IMG/VR virus record: IMGVR_UViG_3300028666_000023
Span: 121,104 to 185,103 of that record
Length of the DNA stretch: 64,000 nucleotides
From: a virus
Reading direction: 5' to 3' (one strand)
Part shown: piece by piece, positions 17,623 through 27,916 of the stretch
Position numbering within the stretch: the stretch's first letter is position 1
Layout of the letters: each line of letters starts with the position of its first letter
Program-made: the position numbers and the translations under genes
Notes under the pieces: model-generated
What the model saw: the letters and a program-made list of their open reading frames with translations, nothing else
Databases searched by the model: none
Told to the model about the DNA's origin: nothing

Positions 17623-20600
17623 CCGAGAACGGCTCGAGCGGTCTGCAGCTGCGCGACAAATTGAAGAACAGCGCGCTGCTTGCGCTCGCGTGTGTCGCCG
17701 CGTTGCGCCGCCGTGCTCCCGCGTTGGATGCCCGTGATGTTCGTGATGTCCGGGTTCACGAGCCCGAAGAGGTCGTTGTAGGGACCGAACGCGCGCGAGT
17801 GGAATCCCTCGATGCCCTTCACGACGTTGATGCCGTCGGCGTCGAGTGCGAGATCGCTGGAACCGAACATGTCGTACATGCTGGCGATGGGGCGCCACGT
17901 GTAGTTCCGGATGAACTCGTCCACGTCGAAGCCGTTCGCGCGGATGTACGAGTACGTCTGAACTAGGAATTCAACCGCGTCTTGGATCGACGAGCCGTTG
18001 TCGAGCGCGAGGAGTCCGGCCTCGAGCCCGCGCGGGTCGTCGGCGTCGACCGCCTGTTGTACTTTCTGCAGCGCCTGCTCCGCGGTGTCGTACGAGACGC
18101 CGACTGACCCGCCGTTGGTGCCGGAGACCTGCTGCTGGTCGGTGATGGAGCCGGTGAAGAAGAACTCCTGGTACGCCTTGCCGATGAGCGAGGGGTGCCA
18201 GATGTCGCCGTACCAACCCGGGCGGATGTACTCCTCCGCGGGCAGGTCCACCTTCTGTTTCGTGTAGCGCGGCACGGACTCGGTGACGCGGAACGCGCGG
18301 AACTGCACCACGGTGGTGGGGTTGCCGAGGAGCGTCACGACGTCCGGTCCGTACGAAGAGGCGGGCAGGGAGAGACCGACGGGGACGTTGATCTTCGACG
18401 CCGTCGTCCCCGCGATCGGCGGACCCTGATAGTACGGCAGCTTCTGCCCGGTGGTGACGTCCTGCGCCTTGTACGCCGAGGTCGTCTCCTGCACCGCGGT
18501 GATGGTGCCGAGGTTCGGTCCGAGGCTGCCGATGGTCGGCGGGTTGATCGCCGAGACGACGGTGACGCGCGAGGCATCGGTGGACGCGCGCTTCTGCACT
18601 GTCTGGTCCGGGCGGATGACGCCGAGGAATTCAACGCTCTCTTCGTACTGCCGCGCGTAGCTGCAGTTGAGGTTCGTCGAGCCACCGCTCTGGCTGACGG
18701 AGTGCTCGACCTCGGTGAAGTTGGCGAGGAAGTGCGTGCCCATCAGGGCGTGCATCTCTTCGGGAGCGACGTCACCCGTTGCGCCGGCGGCCTGGTTGAT
18801 CAACTGCTGGCGAAGCGCGAGCGCCTCCGCGTTGACGTACTTGTCGATGACGAGGCCGGGGAAGCCGGGGGCGATGTACGGATTGAACTTTCCCGTGACC
18901 TGCATCGTGCGCGCGGCGAAGCGGTACTTGAAGTAGAGGAAGTTGCAGGAGCGCTGCGCCAAGCCGATCTTGGGCGGCCCGCCACCGTCGACTGAGCCCG
19001 AACGTGCGGCGAAGATGTTGAGCTCCCCCATCTTCTCGAAGACGGGCAGGATGCCGGTGAAGAGCTCGTGGTCGAGGAGGTCGTTCGACAGGATGGCCTG
19101 GAGCTCACGGCTCCCGCTCTTCAGCGTGAAGCCTTTCGGCGCGAAGTAGAACTGGTCGAAGAGCTCGTCCTCGCCGAAGAACTCGTCGTTCGTCTTGAGG
19201 AGCAACCGTGTGGGCTCTGTGAGGAACGCGCGCGAGTACTGCATGTCCCGGTAGTTCTCGGGGAACATGACGTTGCAGCGTGGCGGCGCGGAGAACCAGA
19301 CGTCGGGGCGGAAGATCTGCGAGTTGAGCCGCGCCGGCTGCGTCACCTTCGCCGAGGACACGACGATGAAGCCAGCAGCGAGCTGGAGCTGTGCGGCTGC
19401 GTTGTTGAGCGGCGTGGTGATAGACGCGATGATCGACGCCGACGCACCCGGCTGCCACTTCTTCGCGGCGGCCTGCGCCTGATCGAGCGAGGTCGACGCC
19501 GAGGCGTAGTACGACTTCGCCTGCTGCACCTGCGGCTGCGTGATGCGCGTGGCGGTGTCCCGGCAGGTCGCGCGCATGTTCGAGATGATCGTCTGCAGCG
19601 TCGCCGCGCCGAGCAAGCTCACCCCCGCTTGATCGGGCTGCGTGTTGAGGAGCTTCTGCGCGTTGTCGATCGACTGCAGGAGGCCGTCCGCCGTCGTTGC
19701 GATGAACGCGTTCTGTGGATCGGAGCGCACGCTCTTGCGCGTCACGCCGGACGGAGTGTTCCCCGTGCCCGGCACGTACCGCGGGCAGCACTGTGCGTAG
19801 GTCTCGTGGAAGATGATGCCCATCAGCGCGTTGATGGACTGCCGGATGGAGACCTGCTGCCCGAGGCCGCCGAGCGTGCGTCCGAGGAGGGAGTCGTAGC
19901 CGGCGGCGAGGAGGCGGAATGCAGTGGGGTCAGCCTCGTACGCGGTGATCATCTGCGTAATGTGCAGCTTGAGCTCCGCGATGGAGAAGAAGATGTTCTC
20001 GCCGGCGAACTGCTTGCCCTCGAAGTAGCTCCCGCCGATCGCCTCGAGCACATGCACGATGCCGCCGAGCAGGCCCTTGAGGTTCGGGTATTGCACCGAG
20101 GGGGTCTGGAAGATGCGCAAAATCGCCGAGCCCTCGTCCTCGAGGAAGTCGGTGAAGAGGTTCGTCGAGCCGCCGGAGAACATCGCCTTGAGGCCCGGCC
20201 CGAAGAGGTCGGTGTTGTTCCACTGGTAGGCGTAGTCCCAGTAGTTCGACCAGTCCATGCACTGCAGGACGAGCGAGCGTTGTGACGCGCTCTTCGTCCA
20301 CTGGAAGCCAACCATCTCGCCGCCGAAGAGGAGCTTGTAGTGGTCGTTCTCGATGTCCTGCAGGACGTTCTTGTCCCCAACATCGCCCGACGAACCGTTC
20401 ACGATCGTAGTCGAGCCCTGCTGACCCTGCTGGTAGTCAGACGGCGACTGGTTCGTGTTGCTGTTCGTGGCCGTTTTCGTGACTGGAAACGGAGAGGCGG
20501 CTTCGGCGAAGTCGTAGAAGTAGAGATGGACGAGCGTGCGCGGCAGGAGCTTCGTACCCTCGGGCAGCGGCGGGAGCTGGATGGAGCACGCCGCTGGCGC

Positions 20601-20696
20601 GTTCGGCGTGACCTGCACGGTCGCGGCGATGACGGGGACCTCCACGCCCTCGAGAAAGAGTCGAAGGCGCAGCCTCTGTGCGTACCCACCAGCCAC
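17619..20696 (-). CDS. baseplate hub-like tail protein
   Basis: 1025 aa, downstream of tape measure; N-terminal RLFLEGVEVPV beta domain. Confidence 0.55.
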   Translation of the reverse strand: MAGGYAQRLRLRLFLEGVEVPVIAATVQVTPNAPAACSIQLPPLPEGTKLLPRTLVHLYFYDFAEAASPFPVTKTATNSNTNQSPSDYQQGQQGSTTIVNGSSGDVGDKNVLQDIENDHYKLLFGGEMVGFQWTKSASQRSLVLQCMDWSNYWDYAYQWNNTDLFGPGLKAMFSGGSTNLFTDFLEDEGSAILRIFQTPSVQYPNLKGLLGGIVHVLEAIGGSYFEGKQFAGENIFFSIAELKLHITQMITAYEADPTAFRLLAAGYDSLLGRTLGGLGQQVSIRQSINALMGIIFHETYAQCCPRYVPGTGNTPSGVTRKSVRSDPQNAFIATTADGLLQSIDNAQKLLNTQPDQAGVSLLGAATLQTIISNMRATCRDTATRITQPQVQQAKSYYASASTSLDQAQAAAKKWQPGASASIIASITTPLNNAAAQLQLAAGFIVVSSAKVTQPARLNSQIFRPDVWFSAPPRCNVMFPENYRDMQYSRAFLTEPTRLLLKTNDEFFGEDELFDQFYFAPKGFTLKSGSRELQAILSNDLLDHELFTGILPVFEKMGELNIFAARSGSVDGGGPPKIGLAQRSCNFLYFKYRFAARTMQVTGKFNPYIAPGFPGLVIDKYVNAEALALRQQLINQAAGATGDVAPEEMHALMGTHFLANFTEVEHSVSQSGGSTNLNCSYARQYEESVEFLGVIRPDQTVQKRASTDASRVTVVSAINPPTIGSLGPNLGTITAVQETTSAYKAQDVTTGQKLPYYQGPPIAGTTASKINVPVGLSLPASSYGPDVVTLLGNPTTVVQFRAFRVTESVPRYTKQKVDLPAEEYIRPGWYGDIWHPSLIGKAYQEFFFTGSITDQQQVSGTNGGSVGVSYDTAEQALQKVQQAVDADDPRGLEAGLLALDNGSSIQDAVEFLVQTYSYIRANGFDVDEFIRNYTWRPIASMYDMFGSSDLALDADGINVVKGIEGFHSRAFGPYNDLFGLVNPDITNITGIQRGSTAAQRGDTRERKQRAVLQFVAQLQTARAVLG

Positions 20697-22426
20697 TAGA
20701 TTGTGACTCCCGTGGTGTTGGTCTGGCTGACGTTGCCGTCGGGCCCGATGAAGAAGTCGTGCGAGTCGGTGATCGGCGTGAAGGGCGTCAGCGTGCCCGA
20801 CACGATGGCCATGGAGAAGAGCGTGGGCGAACCGCCGACGTTGATCGACGCGCCCGCACCCGAGCTGGCGTACCCACCGCTCGTCGAGAAGCCGCTTGCA
20901 CCCGCCTGGAAGTTCGGGCCGCCGATGTACTGCTGCAGCACGGGTAGTCCGGTGCCGCCGCTGGAGCTCGCGACCGCAGCCGCGCCGACGCCGTTCGATT
21001 GCACACCACCCGGGCTCGCGCCGACGGTAACGGGGGAGCCAACCTCGGAGGAGTAGCCGCCGGGGATGCCGCCGCCGGCACCCTGCCCGCCGATGACGCC
21101 GCCGGAGACGGGAACGCCGTTGCCGTAGACCGGCGCGCCTGCCGAGGCGCTCACCCCCACGGCCGCGTTCTGCTGCGCCTGCGCTTGGATCGACGAGGTG
21201 AAGGACGGCGAGCCGGTGAAGCTGCCAGTGAAGCCGAGGCCGCCGTTGATGCCGCCGAACGAGTTCGAGGAGAAGCCCGACACGCCGAAGCTCGCGCCAA
21301 GTCCAATGCCCCCGAAGAGGCCGAAGGGCACGAACGCTCCGAAGAAGGGGAGCATACCGAGGTCGCCGAAGGTCAGCGGGTCGTTGATGTCCGCGCCGAA
21401 GAAGTCCGCCTGCTGCACGAGCGTCTGCTGCAGGTCGGTCACCTCCGAGTTGATGTCCGTCGGGCTGTACGTCGGCGCCGTCGGGGGCAGGAGCGCGGTG
21501 TACTCGTCCACGTTGTCGGAGATGAGGCCACGCAACGGAAGGGTCCGTCCCTGTCCCGTCTGCACCGCCTCGGCAGCGTTCTGCAGGATCTCATCGATGC
21601 TCGGGTTGCCTGTCGAAGTGACGCCCTGTTGGAGAGCCTGCGTGAGGCTTGAGGCGCCACCGAAGCCGCTCGCCTGCTGCGCGGCACCCTGCTGGGCTTG
21701 CTGAAGGGCGGCGGCCTCTTGAAGAGAGGCGTTGCCGGCGGCGCTGATGATCGCCTGCCCCGCCGTCGAGATGTCCGCGGTCGTGAGCGAGACATCCGCA
21801 GGCAGGTTCACGCTCGCGCGCACGGGGAATTCCGGCGCACCAACGAAGCTGAGGTTCTGGTAGTTCGTGATGTAGAGGCGGAACGACAGGTTCACGCTGA
21901 GCGGATTCATCGAATCCTTCTCCGCCTGCGCGAGGAGCATGTACCCCTCCACAACCGTGTCGTCGTAGAACAAGTACGTGCGCGCTCCGCGCTCGACACT
22001 CTTCGTACCGCGGAAGAACGTGTTGTAGTTCTCCCAGAACTCCGCCTCCCAGTTGAAGTCGTTCGAGTTCACGAGCACCGCGGTCACGTCGATGAAGCGG
22101 GGCGACTCACCAAAGAAGAAGATGTACGGCTCGCCGAACGTCTCCACGATCTGGTGCTTCTCCATCCGTGCTTCCTTCACGGCCTGCAGGATGAAGTTCG
22201 AGTACTGCGTGGTCTCGCCGTTCTGAGAGCCCGAGTCGATCAGCTTCAGCTCCGTGCCGTCGGACTGCACCACCTTGATGATGGCGTACGTGTCCTCTTT
22301 GATCTCGAGACCGCGCAGCGGTCGGCGCGCACGGTCCGTGCCCGCACGACGTGCAACCCCGTTCCCAGACTGGTTGTTGAAGACCTGGGTGAACGCGTCG
22401 GTAGAGAGCTCGATGAAGACGCTCAT
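20696..22426 (-). CDS. tail/baseplate protein (tube-initiator-like N-terminus, Gly/Ser-rich C-terminus)
   Basis: Position; EKHQIVETFGEPYIFFFGE motif. Confidence 0.5.
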   Translation of the reverse strand: MSVFIELSTDAFTQVFNNQSGNGVARRAGTDRARRPLRGLEIKEDTYAIIKVVQSDGTELKLIDSGSQNGETTQYSNFILQAVKEARMEKHQIVETFGEPYIFFFGESPRFIDVTAVLVNSNDFNWEAEFWENYNTFFRGTKSVERGARTYLFYDDTVVEGYMLLAQAEKDSMNPLSVNLSFRLYITNYQNLSFVGAPEFPVRASVNLPADVSLTTADISTAGQAIISAAGNASLQEAAALQQAQQGAAQQASGFGGASSLTQALQQGVTSTGNPSIDEILQNAAEAVQTGQGRTLPLRGLISDNVDEYTALLPPTAPTYSPTDINSEVTDLQQTLVQQADFFGADINDPLTFGDLGMLPFFGAFVPFGLFGGIGLGASFGVSGFSSNSFGGINGGLGFTGSFTGSPSFTSSIQAQAQQNAAVGVSASAGAPVYGNGVPVSGGVIGGQGAGGGIPGGYSSEVGSPVTVGASPGGVQSNGVGAAAVASSSGGTGLPVLQQYIGGPNFQAGASGFSTSGGYASSGAGASINVGGSPTLFSMAIVSGTLTPFTPITDSHDFFIGPDGNVSQTNTTGVTI

Positions 22427-22698
22427 TAGATCACCAGGTTGCTCTTGATGAGGACGTCGCGAAAGTTGCGCGCGGGCGTGAGGCCCGCGAAGGGCTCACC
22501 CTGCTGAAGGGCGAACGCCTCCGCCTTCACGAGGTTGGCGTGGCAGTCGTCGATGGTGATCTTGTCGCGCAGCGTGAGCGTGTAGAGGCGGCCGTTCTTC
22601 CGAATGACCGTCTTCACCTCGGTGCGGCAGGGAGTACAACCCGGCGGGAGACCGAAGGGCACCGCACCCTCGACGAACAGAAGAGACTTGGCGCTCAT
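22426..22698 (-). CDS. hypothetical tail-module protein
   Basis: Coupled on both sides. Confidence 0.6.
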   Translation of the reverse strand: MSAKSLLFVEGAVPFGLPPGCTPCRTEVKTVIRKNGRLYTLTLRDKITIDDCHANLVKAEAFALQQGEPFAGLTPARNFRDVLIKSNLVI

Positions 22699-25600
22699 TT
22701 CTTCTTGGTCTCCGGGTCGGCTTCGTTGAGTCGCTTGATCTCGTCTGAGGTGGCACCGGTGTGCTTCGCAATGAGCTCCAACATCGAGTTGGCCTTGTGC
22801 GTGAGCTTCACCTGCTCGGCACCGAAGGGGTCTCGCGCTTCTGCTTCCGCCTTCGAGACTTCTTCCTTGTGCTTCTTGACGCCCTCGTCCTCTTGCAGGC
22901 CCTTCATCGCCTGCGCCAGCTTCATATTGCTACCACTCTTGAAGGCGTCCTGGATGTTTTTGATGGTCTTGGGATCGGTGACGCCGGCCATCGCTGCGAG
23001 GCCGTTCTCGTCCATCGCTGCGAGCTCCTTCCCGGAGAGCCCCAAGCCGAGCTCCTGGTTGAGGACGCCCTTCAGGCCACCGCGGCGCTCGCGCTTCAAC
23101 CGTCCGGCCATGCCCGCGGTAAACAGAAGGTCTTGCCCCTGCGCTGTGCCGGCGAGCTTGCCGCCGTACTGGAGCGCTTCCTTCTCGGAGAGCAGGCCGA
23201 TCGCGTTAGATTGGTCCTGCATGAGGGACTGCGCGCGCTCGAGATCTCCAGACTTCTCCGCCTCCGCGATCGCGGCGGCGCGCTGCATCACGGAGAACTT
23301 GCCACCGTCGCCGGTCAGCTTGTGGCTCACGGCGTCGTAGACACCAGAGTTCACCATGCGCTTGACGTCAGCAGCGCCTTGGACGCGGAAGCGACGGCGC
23401 GCTTCTTCTTGGTCGCGCTTCTGCTGCGCATCGACGTTCCCCGCCATCAACCCCAGCATCGGACGGCCCGCTTCGACCTGACGCTTCTCGAGATCGGTCA
23501 TCTTCTTGGTGTCGCCGCCGGTGCGCTCCAAGATCTCCATCGCGTCCGAGCCCTGCAACATGCGCTTGTACTCTTGGAAGTTCGTTCCCTTCTCGCCGAC
23601 GTCGAGGGCTGCCTGCTGGACGCGATCGCGCGCGTTGGCGCGCTCGGCAGGATCGGCGCTGAGAAGGCCCGATGCCATGTCGCGGAACTCCTTCCCCTTG
23701 TAGAAGTCGCCCGCTGCCTGCTCCGTCTGGTACGAGCCCGTGAGCTTGCCGACCAAGTCCACCGCCGCGGTGCGCGCGTGCTCTGCTGCCGACTTGCTCC
23801 CGCCGAACTTCAGCAGGCCAAGGGGTCCGAGAAGACCTGCGGTGAGGCTCGAGGCGTACGAACCGGCCATCCCAGCGGCCACCTTCTCACCACGCGAGCG
23901 ACTGTCGCGCACGCCCATCGCCTTCGCCCACGCACGGTTCTCTTCCGTGACGCTGGAGAAGCCACCCGGCGCCGCGGTCCCCGGAAGACCGCCCGGCGCG
24001 TTGTAGTTTGCGAGGAGACCAGACCCTTCACCCACGCCAGCGGCGCGTTCGACTTGCCCGATGATGGCTGCCTTCTCTTCGGGGCTGTGCGCTGCGCGGA
24101 GCCGCGCGGCCGTGATGGGGTCGGACTGCTCGAGGGCAGCTTGGATCGACACCACGCGGGAGTCGCCTGAGCCGCCGACGCCGAAGACGTAGGCGCTTCG
24201 GATCTTGTCGCGCGTCGCCGCGCTCATGGTGAACGAGCCACTCGTCTCGTACGCGGACCGCGCGGTGGCGATCGACTGCAGCTTGTCCTGCATCTGCTGC
24301 GAGTTCATCCCGCGGAGGTCGAAGCCCGCGCGCTGCATCTGGGAGACGCCACTCTCGCCGGCGACGACCCATGAGAGACCGCGCCCGACGGCGCCAGGTA
24401 CGTCGCCACCGGAGAACAGGGATCCTCCGCGGCCGTTCCAGCCTGCCATGACGTTGTCTCCGAAGTCCCCGGAGACGCCACGGCGCATCTGACGCGCGAA
24501 GTCCAGCCCTTGCGCCCGTCCGCCGAGACCGAAACCTCCGCCCGAACCAGCGAAGCGGCTGCGTCCGCCACCGCCGAGACCGAGGTTGGCCGCGCCGTGC
24601 TTGCCGGCGGCACCACCGACCTGCATCTGCCGCATGGAATCGTCGAGGTCTTTCGAGAACGTCTCGACGTACGTCCCGAAGAGGTCATTCATGAAGCTGT
24701 CGATCGCTTCGGAGCCCGAGTTGAAGACGTCCTGGCCGACCTTCTGCAGCTTGCCGTTCACGATCTCGCGCGCCTGCTCGTAGCGCTGCTTGATGCCGGA
24801 CACGCCCTGCATCTTGCGCTGCTGCGCGAGGCCCTGGAAGTAGTTGTCCTGGCGCTCGGAGGACTGCATCTCGCGCATGATGGCGGGCATGTTGTTCGCC
24901 ATCTTCACCGCGGCATCCATTTCGTCGCGGCCCATCCCGAGCTGACGCTGCGCGAAGAGCATCGAGCGATCGTCCATCTCGTTGATGTTGATGCCCTTGC
25001 TCGCCGCCCACTCGTTGAGCTGGATGGCAGGGAGGAATGCGCCGAAGCGCGCCATCGCCGCGCCGCGTAGACGACCCTCGTTGCGGATGAAGTTCGCGCG
25101 GTTCACCGGCGCACCGGCGCCCGTGACGTGCGATCGATCGGCCCCCATCGTCTCCTGGATGCCCATCCCACCGGCCAAGATCTGCTGCACCGCCGATTCG
25201 TCGAGGGTGCCGTTCTTCCCCGCCATGGAGGCTAGCGCGCGCCGACCGCGCCCGCTCTGGAGCCAGCTCCCCGCGCGCTGCATCTGACTCGAGGCGAAGG
25301 CCTGACGTCCCTCGGCACCCGTGAGACCGGTCGCGTTGTAGATGTCCTCCTCTGAAAGGACGCCCATCTGCTGCGCGGTGCCGATCTGACCGATGGTGCG
25401 GATGCCCGCCATCGCTCCTTGGCTTCCGAGGCCTCCGATGGAGCGGGAGATCTGGGAGCCGATGCTCGCCGCGCCCGTCACTTCGCTCATGGCGAGGTTG
25501 CCGGACACGCTCGCCGATCGAACTGCGTTCGTGAACCGCCCCACGTGGTTCATCCCGAAGACGCCGGACTGCTTCGCGGCCGCGGCGAACTCCATCGCCC

Positions 25601-26273
25601 CCTCGAGTGTGGTCCCGAGGTCCTTCGCCATGGTCTTCAGCGTGCCGACCATGTCCTTGAAGCGGCGGGTGAACTCCTGGACGTCGCGCACCCCCTGGGC
25701 GAGGCCCATCGTCGACATCTTGCCAGCGAGCTGCGTGAGCTCGCCCATGGAGGTGATCTCCCCTCCCGGACCGAACTGCTCGGTCATGCCGCGCATCATG
25801 CCGCCGATTTGGCTCATGTCACCGCGCCCGAAACCGCTCCCACCGTGCTGGTTCCTGAACGAGTACGACCCCCGGAGGGTCTGATTCAGGTCCATTTGCT
25901 GCCCCATGCCCTGATACATCTGCTGGCCGGCGTAGTGGATGCCTGCTCCCGCTGCCATCAGAGGGAGAGCAACCGCTCCACCCGCTGCAACCGCGCCGCC
26001 GAGGCCTGCGCCCGCGCCGAAGGCACCCAAGCCAGCCCTCAAACCGAGGGACATGGGGTCCAAACCGAGCATGCCCATCGCGCCGGAGAGCATCGGAGCG
26101 CCCACCGAGCTCGCGCGGTTGGCCGCCCCGCTCATCATCGCGTCTGCGCCGGCCCCGTTCTGCCCGCCGTAAACACCCCCCTGCCCGATGGCAGACGAGT
26201 AGGCCATGCGATTCATCGATGCCTGAGTGAACGCGCCGTTCATCTGCGCGATCTCGGCGGAGGACATCGGCAT
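22695..26273 (-). CDS. tape measure-like protein
   Basis: 1192 aa, Ala/Gly/Met/Gln-rich and helical, upstream of hub-like genes. Confidence 0.65.
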   Translation of the reverse strand: MPMSSAEIAQMNGAFTQASMNRMAYSSAIGQGGVYGGQNGAGADAMMSGAANRASSVGAPMLSGAMGMLGLDPMSLGLRAGLGAFGAGAGLGGAVAAGGAVALPLMAAGAGIHYAGQQMYQGMGQQMDLNQTLRGSYSFRNQHGGSGFGRGDMSQIGGMMRGMTEQFGPGGEITSMGELTQLAGKMSTMGLAQGVRDVQEFTRRFKDMVGTLKTMAKDLGTTLEGAMEFAAAAKQSGVFGMNHVGRFTNAVRSASVSGNLAMSEVTGAASIGSQISRSIGGLGSQGAMAGIRTIGQIGTAQQMGVLSEEDIYNATGLTGAEGRQAFASSQMQRAGSWLQSGRGRRALASMAGKNGTLDESAVQQILAGGMGIQETMGADRSHVTGAGAPVNRANFIRNEGRLRGAAMARFGAFLPAIQLNEWAASKGININEMDDRSMLFAQRQLGMGRDEMDAAVKMANNMPAIMREMQSSERQDNYFQGLAQQRKMQGVSGIKQRYEQAREIVNGKLQKVGQDVFNSGSEAIDSFMNDLFGTYVETFSKDLDDSMRQMQVGGAAGKHGAANLGLGGGGRSRFAGSGGGFGLGGRAQGLDFARQMRRGVSGDFGDNVMAGWNGRGGSLFSGGDVPGAVGRGLSWVVAGESGVSQMQRAGFDLRGMNSQQMQDKLQSIATARSAYETSGSFTMSAATRDKIRSAYVFGVGGSGDSRVVSIQAALEQSDPITAARLRAAHSPEEKAAIIGQVERAAGVGEGSGLLANYNAPGGLPGTAAPGGFSSVTEENRAWAKAMGVRDSRSRGEKVAAGMAGSYASSLTAGLLGPLGLLKFGGSKSAAEHARTAAVDLVGKLTGSYQTEQAAGDFYKGKEFRDMASGLLSADPAERANARDRVQQAALDVGEKGTNFQEYKRMLQGSDAMEILERTGGDTKKMTDLEKRQVEAGRPMLGLMAGNVDAQQKRDQEEARRRFRVQGAADVKRMVNSGVYDAVSHKLTGDGGKFSVMQRAAAIAEAEKSGDLERAQSLMQDQSNAIGLLSEKEALQYGGKLAGTAQGQDLLFTAGMAGRLKRERRGGLKGVLNQELGLGLSGKELAAMDENGLAAMAGVTDPKTIKNIQDAFKSGSNMKLAQAMKGLQEDEGVKKHKEEVSKAEAEARDPFGAEQVKLTHKANSMLELIAKHTGATSDEIKRLNEADPETKKK

Positions 26274-26323
26274 GGGGTGAAAACCTCACCCCATACTAGA
26301 GGCCAAAAGTAGCCTCCGCAAAG

Positions 26324-26351
26324 GCAAATTTAGGGCCCTTGGAGGGATAAG
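26324..26351 (+). promoter_or_regulatory. conserved phage promoter P1
   Basis: GCAAA-N15-GGGATAAG followed by TTGGAGG. Confidence 0.7.
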
Positions 26352-26369
26352 GATCTTGGAGGCATTACA

Positions 26370-26657
26370 ATGAACAACATGAACTCTTCTGAGGGTCCCA
26401 AGAGCGGCGTCTTCATGGCCGCGAAAGAGCTCTTCTCCCTGCCCATCCCGGACGAGGACTACGGCAAGGAGTTCCCCCTCGACGCGACCATCCCGTCGCG
26501 ATGCAGCTGCTGCGACAAGAAGTACAACAACGACGAGTTCCTCGCGCTCCCGGTCCCCAAGGGCTCCGAAGGCGCGTGGTTCTACCCCGCCGCCGAGGTC
26601 GAGTTCGCGATCCGCGAATGCACCTGCGGCAACAGGCTCGCCCGCCGGGTGGTCTGA
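26370..26657 (+). CDS. small Cys-rich hypothetical protein
   Basis: RBS GGAGG; CSCC and CTCG. Confidence 0.7.
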   Translation: MNNMNSSEGPKSGVFMAAKELFSLPIPDEDYGKEFPLDATIPSRCSCCDKKYNNDEFLALPVPKGSEGAWFYPAAEVEFAIRECTCGNRLARRVV

Positions 26658-26662
26658 GGGAG

Positions 26663-26697
26663 AAGTAGGGGTGAAGGACCCCTACTTTTTAGCCTCC
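26663..26697 (+). terminator. hairpin + TTTTTAGCCTCC
   Basis: AAGTAGGGGT/ACCCCTACTT stem. Confidence 0.75.
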
Positions 26698-26703
26698 AAA
26701 CAG

Positions 26704-26731
26704 GCAACTTTCCCATCCCAGTAGGGATAAG
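26704..26731 (+). promoter_or_regulatory. conserved phage promoter P2
   Basis: GCAAC-N15-GGGATAAG followed by TTGGAGG. Confidence 0.7.
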
Positions 26732-26750
26732 ACCTTTGGAGGCAACCAAC

Positions 26751-27317
26751 ATGAACTTCAAATCAACAGCACTTGTACTCTTCGGCATTCTCATCGCCTG
26801 CGGAAGCAGCGCCGTCGGGGGTACCGACGACGCCAAAGCAGACAACCAGTGCACCTGCACCGGCGAAAAGGGAGCTCAAGGAGCGCCTGGTCTCGACGGC
26901 GCACAAGGCCCGGCGGGTGCGCCCGGCGCGGCAGGACCCGAGGGACCCCAAGGTCCGCAGGGACTTCAAGGAGCCGAGGGCCCGCAAGGGGTTCAAGGAC
27001 CCCAAGGCGCGCAGGGTGCGGCCGGGAAGGACGGCACCATCACTTCGAAGACCGCGCTCTACGCCGTGCAGAGCAGCGTGACCGTCCCCGCCAACAGCGG
27101 TGCGACGGTGAAGGCTGCGTGCAGCGACGCCAACGACATCCTTCTCAGCGGCAGCTGCTGGGGAGGTGGTTCGCTGGGGCAGAACCCGGTGGCCCAGAGC
27201 TACCCGGAGAACGTCGCGACGACGTCGCTCACGGCCGACTGGTACTGCGACGGCGTCAACGCGAGCTCGTCGAGCTTCCAGCTCACCGCCACGGCTGTCT
27301 GCGTGTCGGTCCCCTGA
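26751..27317 (+). CDS. collagen-like lipoprotein
   Basis: Lipobox LIAC; long G-X-Y run; Cys-containing C-terminal domain. Confidence 0.8.
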   Translation: MNFKSTALVLFGILIACGSSAVGGTDDAKADNQCTCTGEKGAQGAPGLDGAQGPAGAPGAAGPEGPQGPQGLQGAEGPQGVQGPQGAQGAAGKDGTITSKTALYAVQSSVTVPANSGATVKAACSDANDILLSGSCWGGGSLGQNPVAQSYPENVATTSLTADWYCDGVNASSSSFQLTATAVCVSVP

Positions 27318-27324
27318 AGGGGAG

Positions 27325-27360
27325 ACAAGAAGGGGAGGAGCCCTTCTTGTTTTAGCTACC
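27325..27360 (+). terminator. hairpin + TTTTAGCTACC
   Basis: ACAAGAAGGG/CCCTTCTTGT stem. Confidence 0.75.
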
Positions 27361-27361
27361 A

Positions 27362-27390
27362 GCAAATTCGCCTGTGTCTCCAGGGATAAG
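27362..27390 (+). promoter_or_regulatory. conserved phage promoter P3
   Basis: GCAAA-N16-GGGATAAG followed by TTGGAGG. Confidence 0.7.
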
Positions 27391-27408
27391 AGCTTTGGAG
27401 GCTTCAAC

Positions 27409-27576
27409 ATGGAAAAGCAACGCCGAATGGACATCTTGCAAGTGATGAAGGAAGAAGAGTCGCGCGGAGGGATGCCGTATCATCAGACCAGGATGTGCCT
27501 GTCTGACGAGCTACCCGAGGGAGACTTCTTCGAGCTGCCACGTCGGTGGGTCGACCCGCCGAAGGAGAAGAAGTGA
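27409..27576 (+). CDS. small hypothetical protein
   Basis: RBS GGAGG; TGATG coupling. Confidence 0.6.
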   Translation: MEKQRRMDILQVMKEEESRGGMPYHQTRMCLSDELPEGDFFELPRRWVDPPKEKK

Positions 27577-27824
27577 TGCGATTCAGGGACCAACTGAAGG
27601 ATGACTTGATGCGACTGCCCGAGATCGAGAAGGCGATCAAGGAGTCGGCGCGTCACATCCTGCTGGTAAAGACGTTGGCCGATGCCGACCCCGCCGCGCC
27701 GAAGGGTGTGCGCGAGGGCCTCGAGGAGAACCTCGAAGAGCACCGTCGGCAGCTCGCGGACATCCGTGAGATCCGCCGGCAGCTCCCCGAGAAGTACCTC
27801 GTAGGCAGCGGCGGCGACGCATGA
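27576..27824 (+). CDS. hypothetical protein
   Basis: RBS AAGGAG; coupled start. Confidence 0.65.
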   Translation: MRFRDQLKDDLMRLPEIEKAIKESARHILLVKTLADADPAAPKGVREGLEENLEEHRRQLADIREIRRQLPEKYLVGSGGDA

Positions 27825-27827
27825 AGT

Positions 27828-27862
27828 GGGGGTCCTCCGGGACCCCTTCTTTTTAGCCTCCC
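27828..27862 (+). terminator. hairpin + TTTTTAGCCTCC
   Basis: GGGGTCC/GGACCCC stem. Confidence 0.7.
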
Positions 27863-27867
27863 ATCCC

Positions 27868-27896
27868 GTAATTCCAGGCCTCCCGGCAGGAATAAG
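27868..27896 (+). promoter_or_regulatory. variant phage promoter P4
   Basis: GTAAT-N16-GGAATAAG. Confidence 0.5.
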
Positions 27897-27916
27897 AAGG
27901 ATGAAGGAGGCTACGT

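Noticed and set aside
26860-27035. Short periodic DNA repeats (possible CRISPR or VNTR)
   Set aside because: Explained by collagen G-X-Y codons; no repeat-spacer structure.
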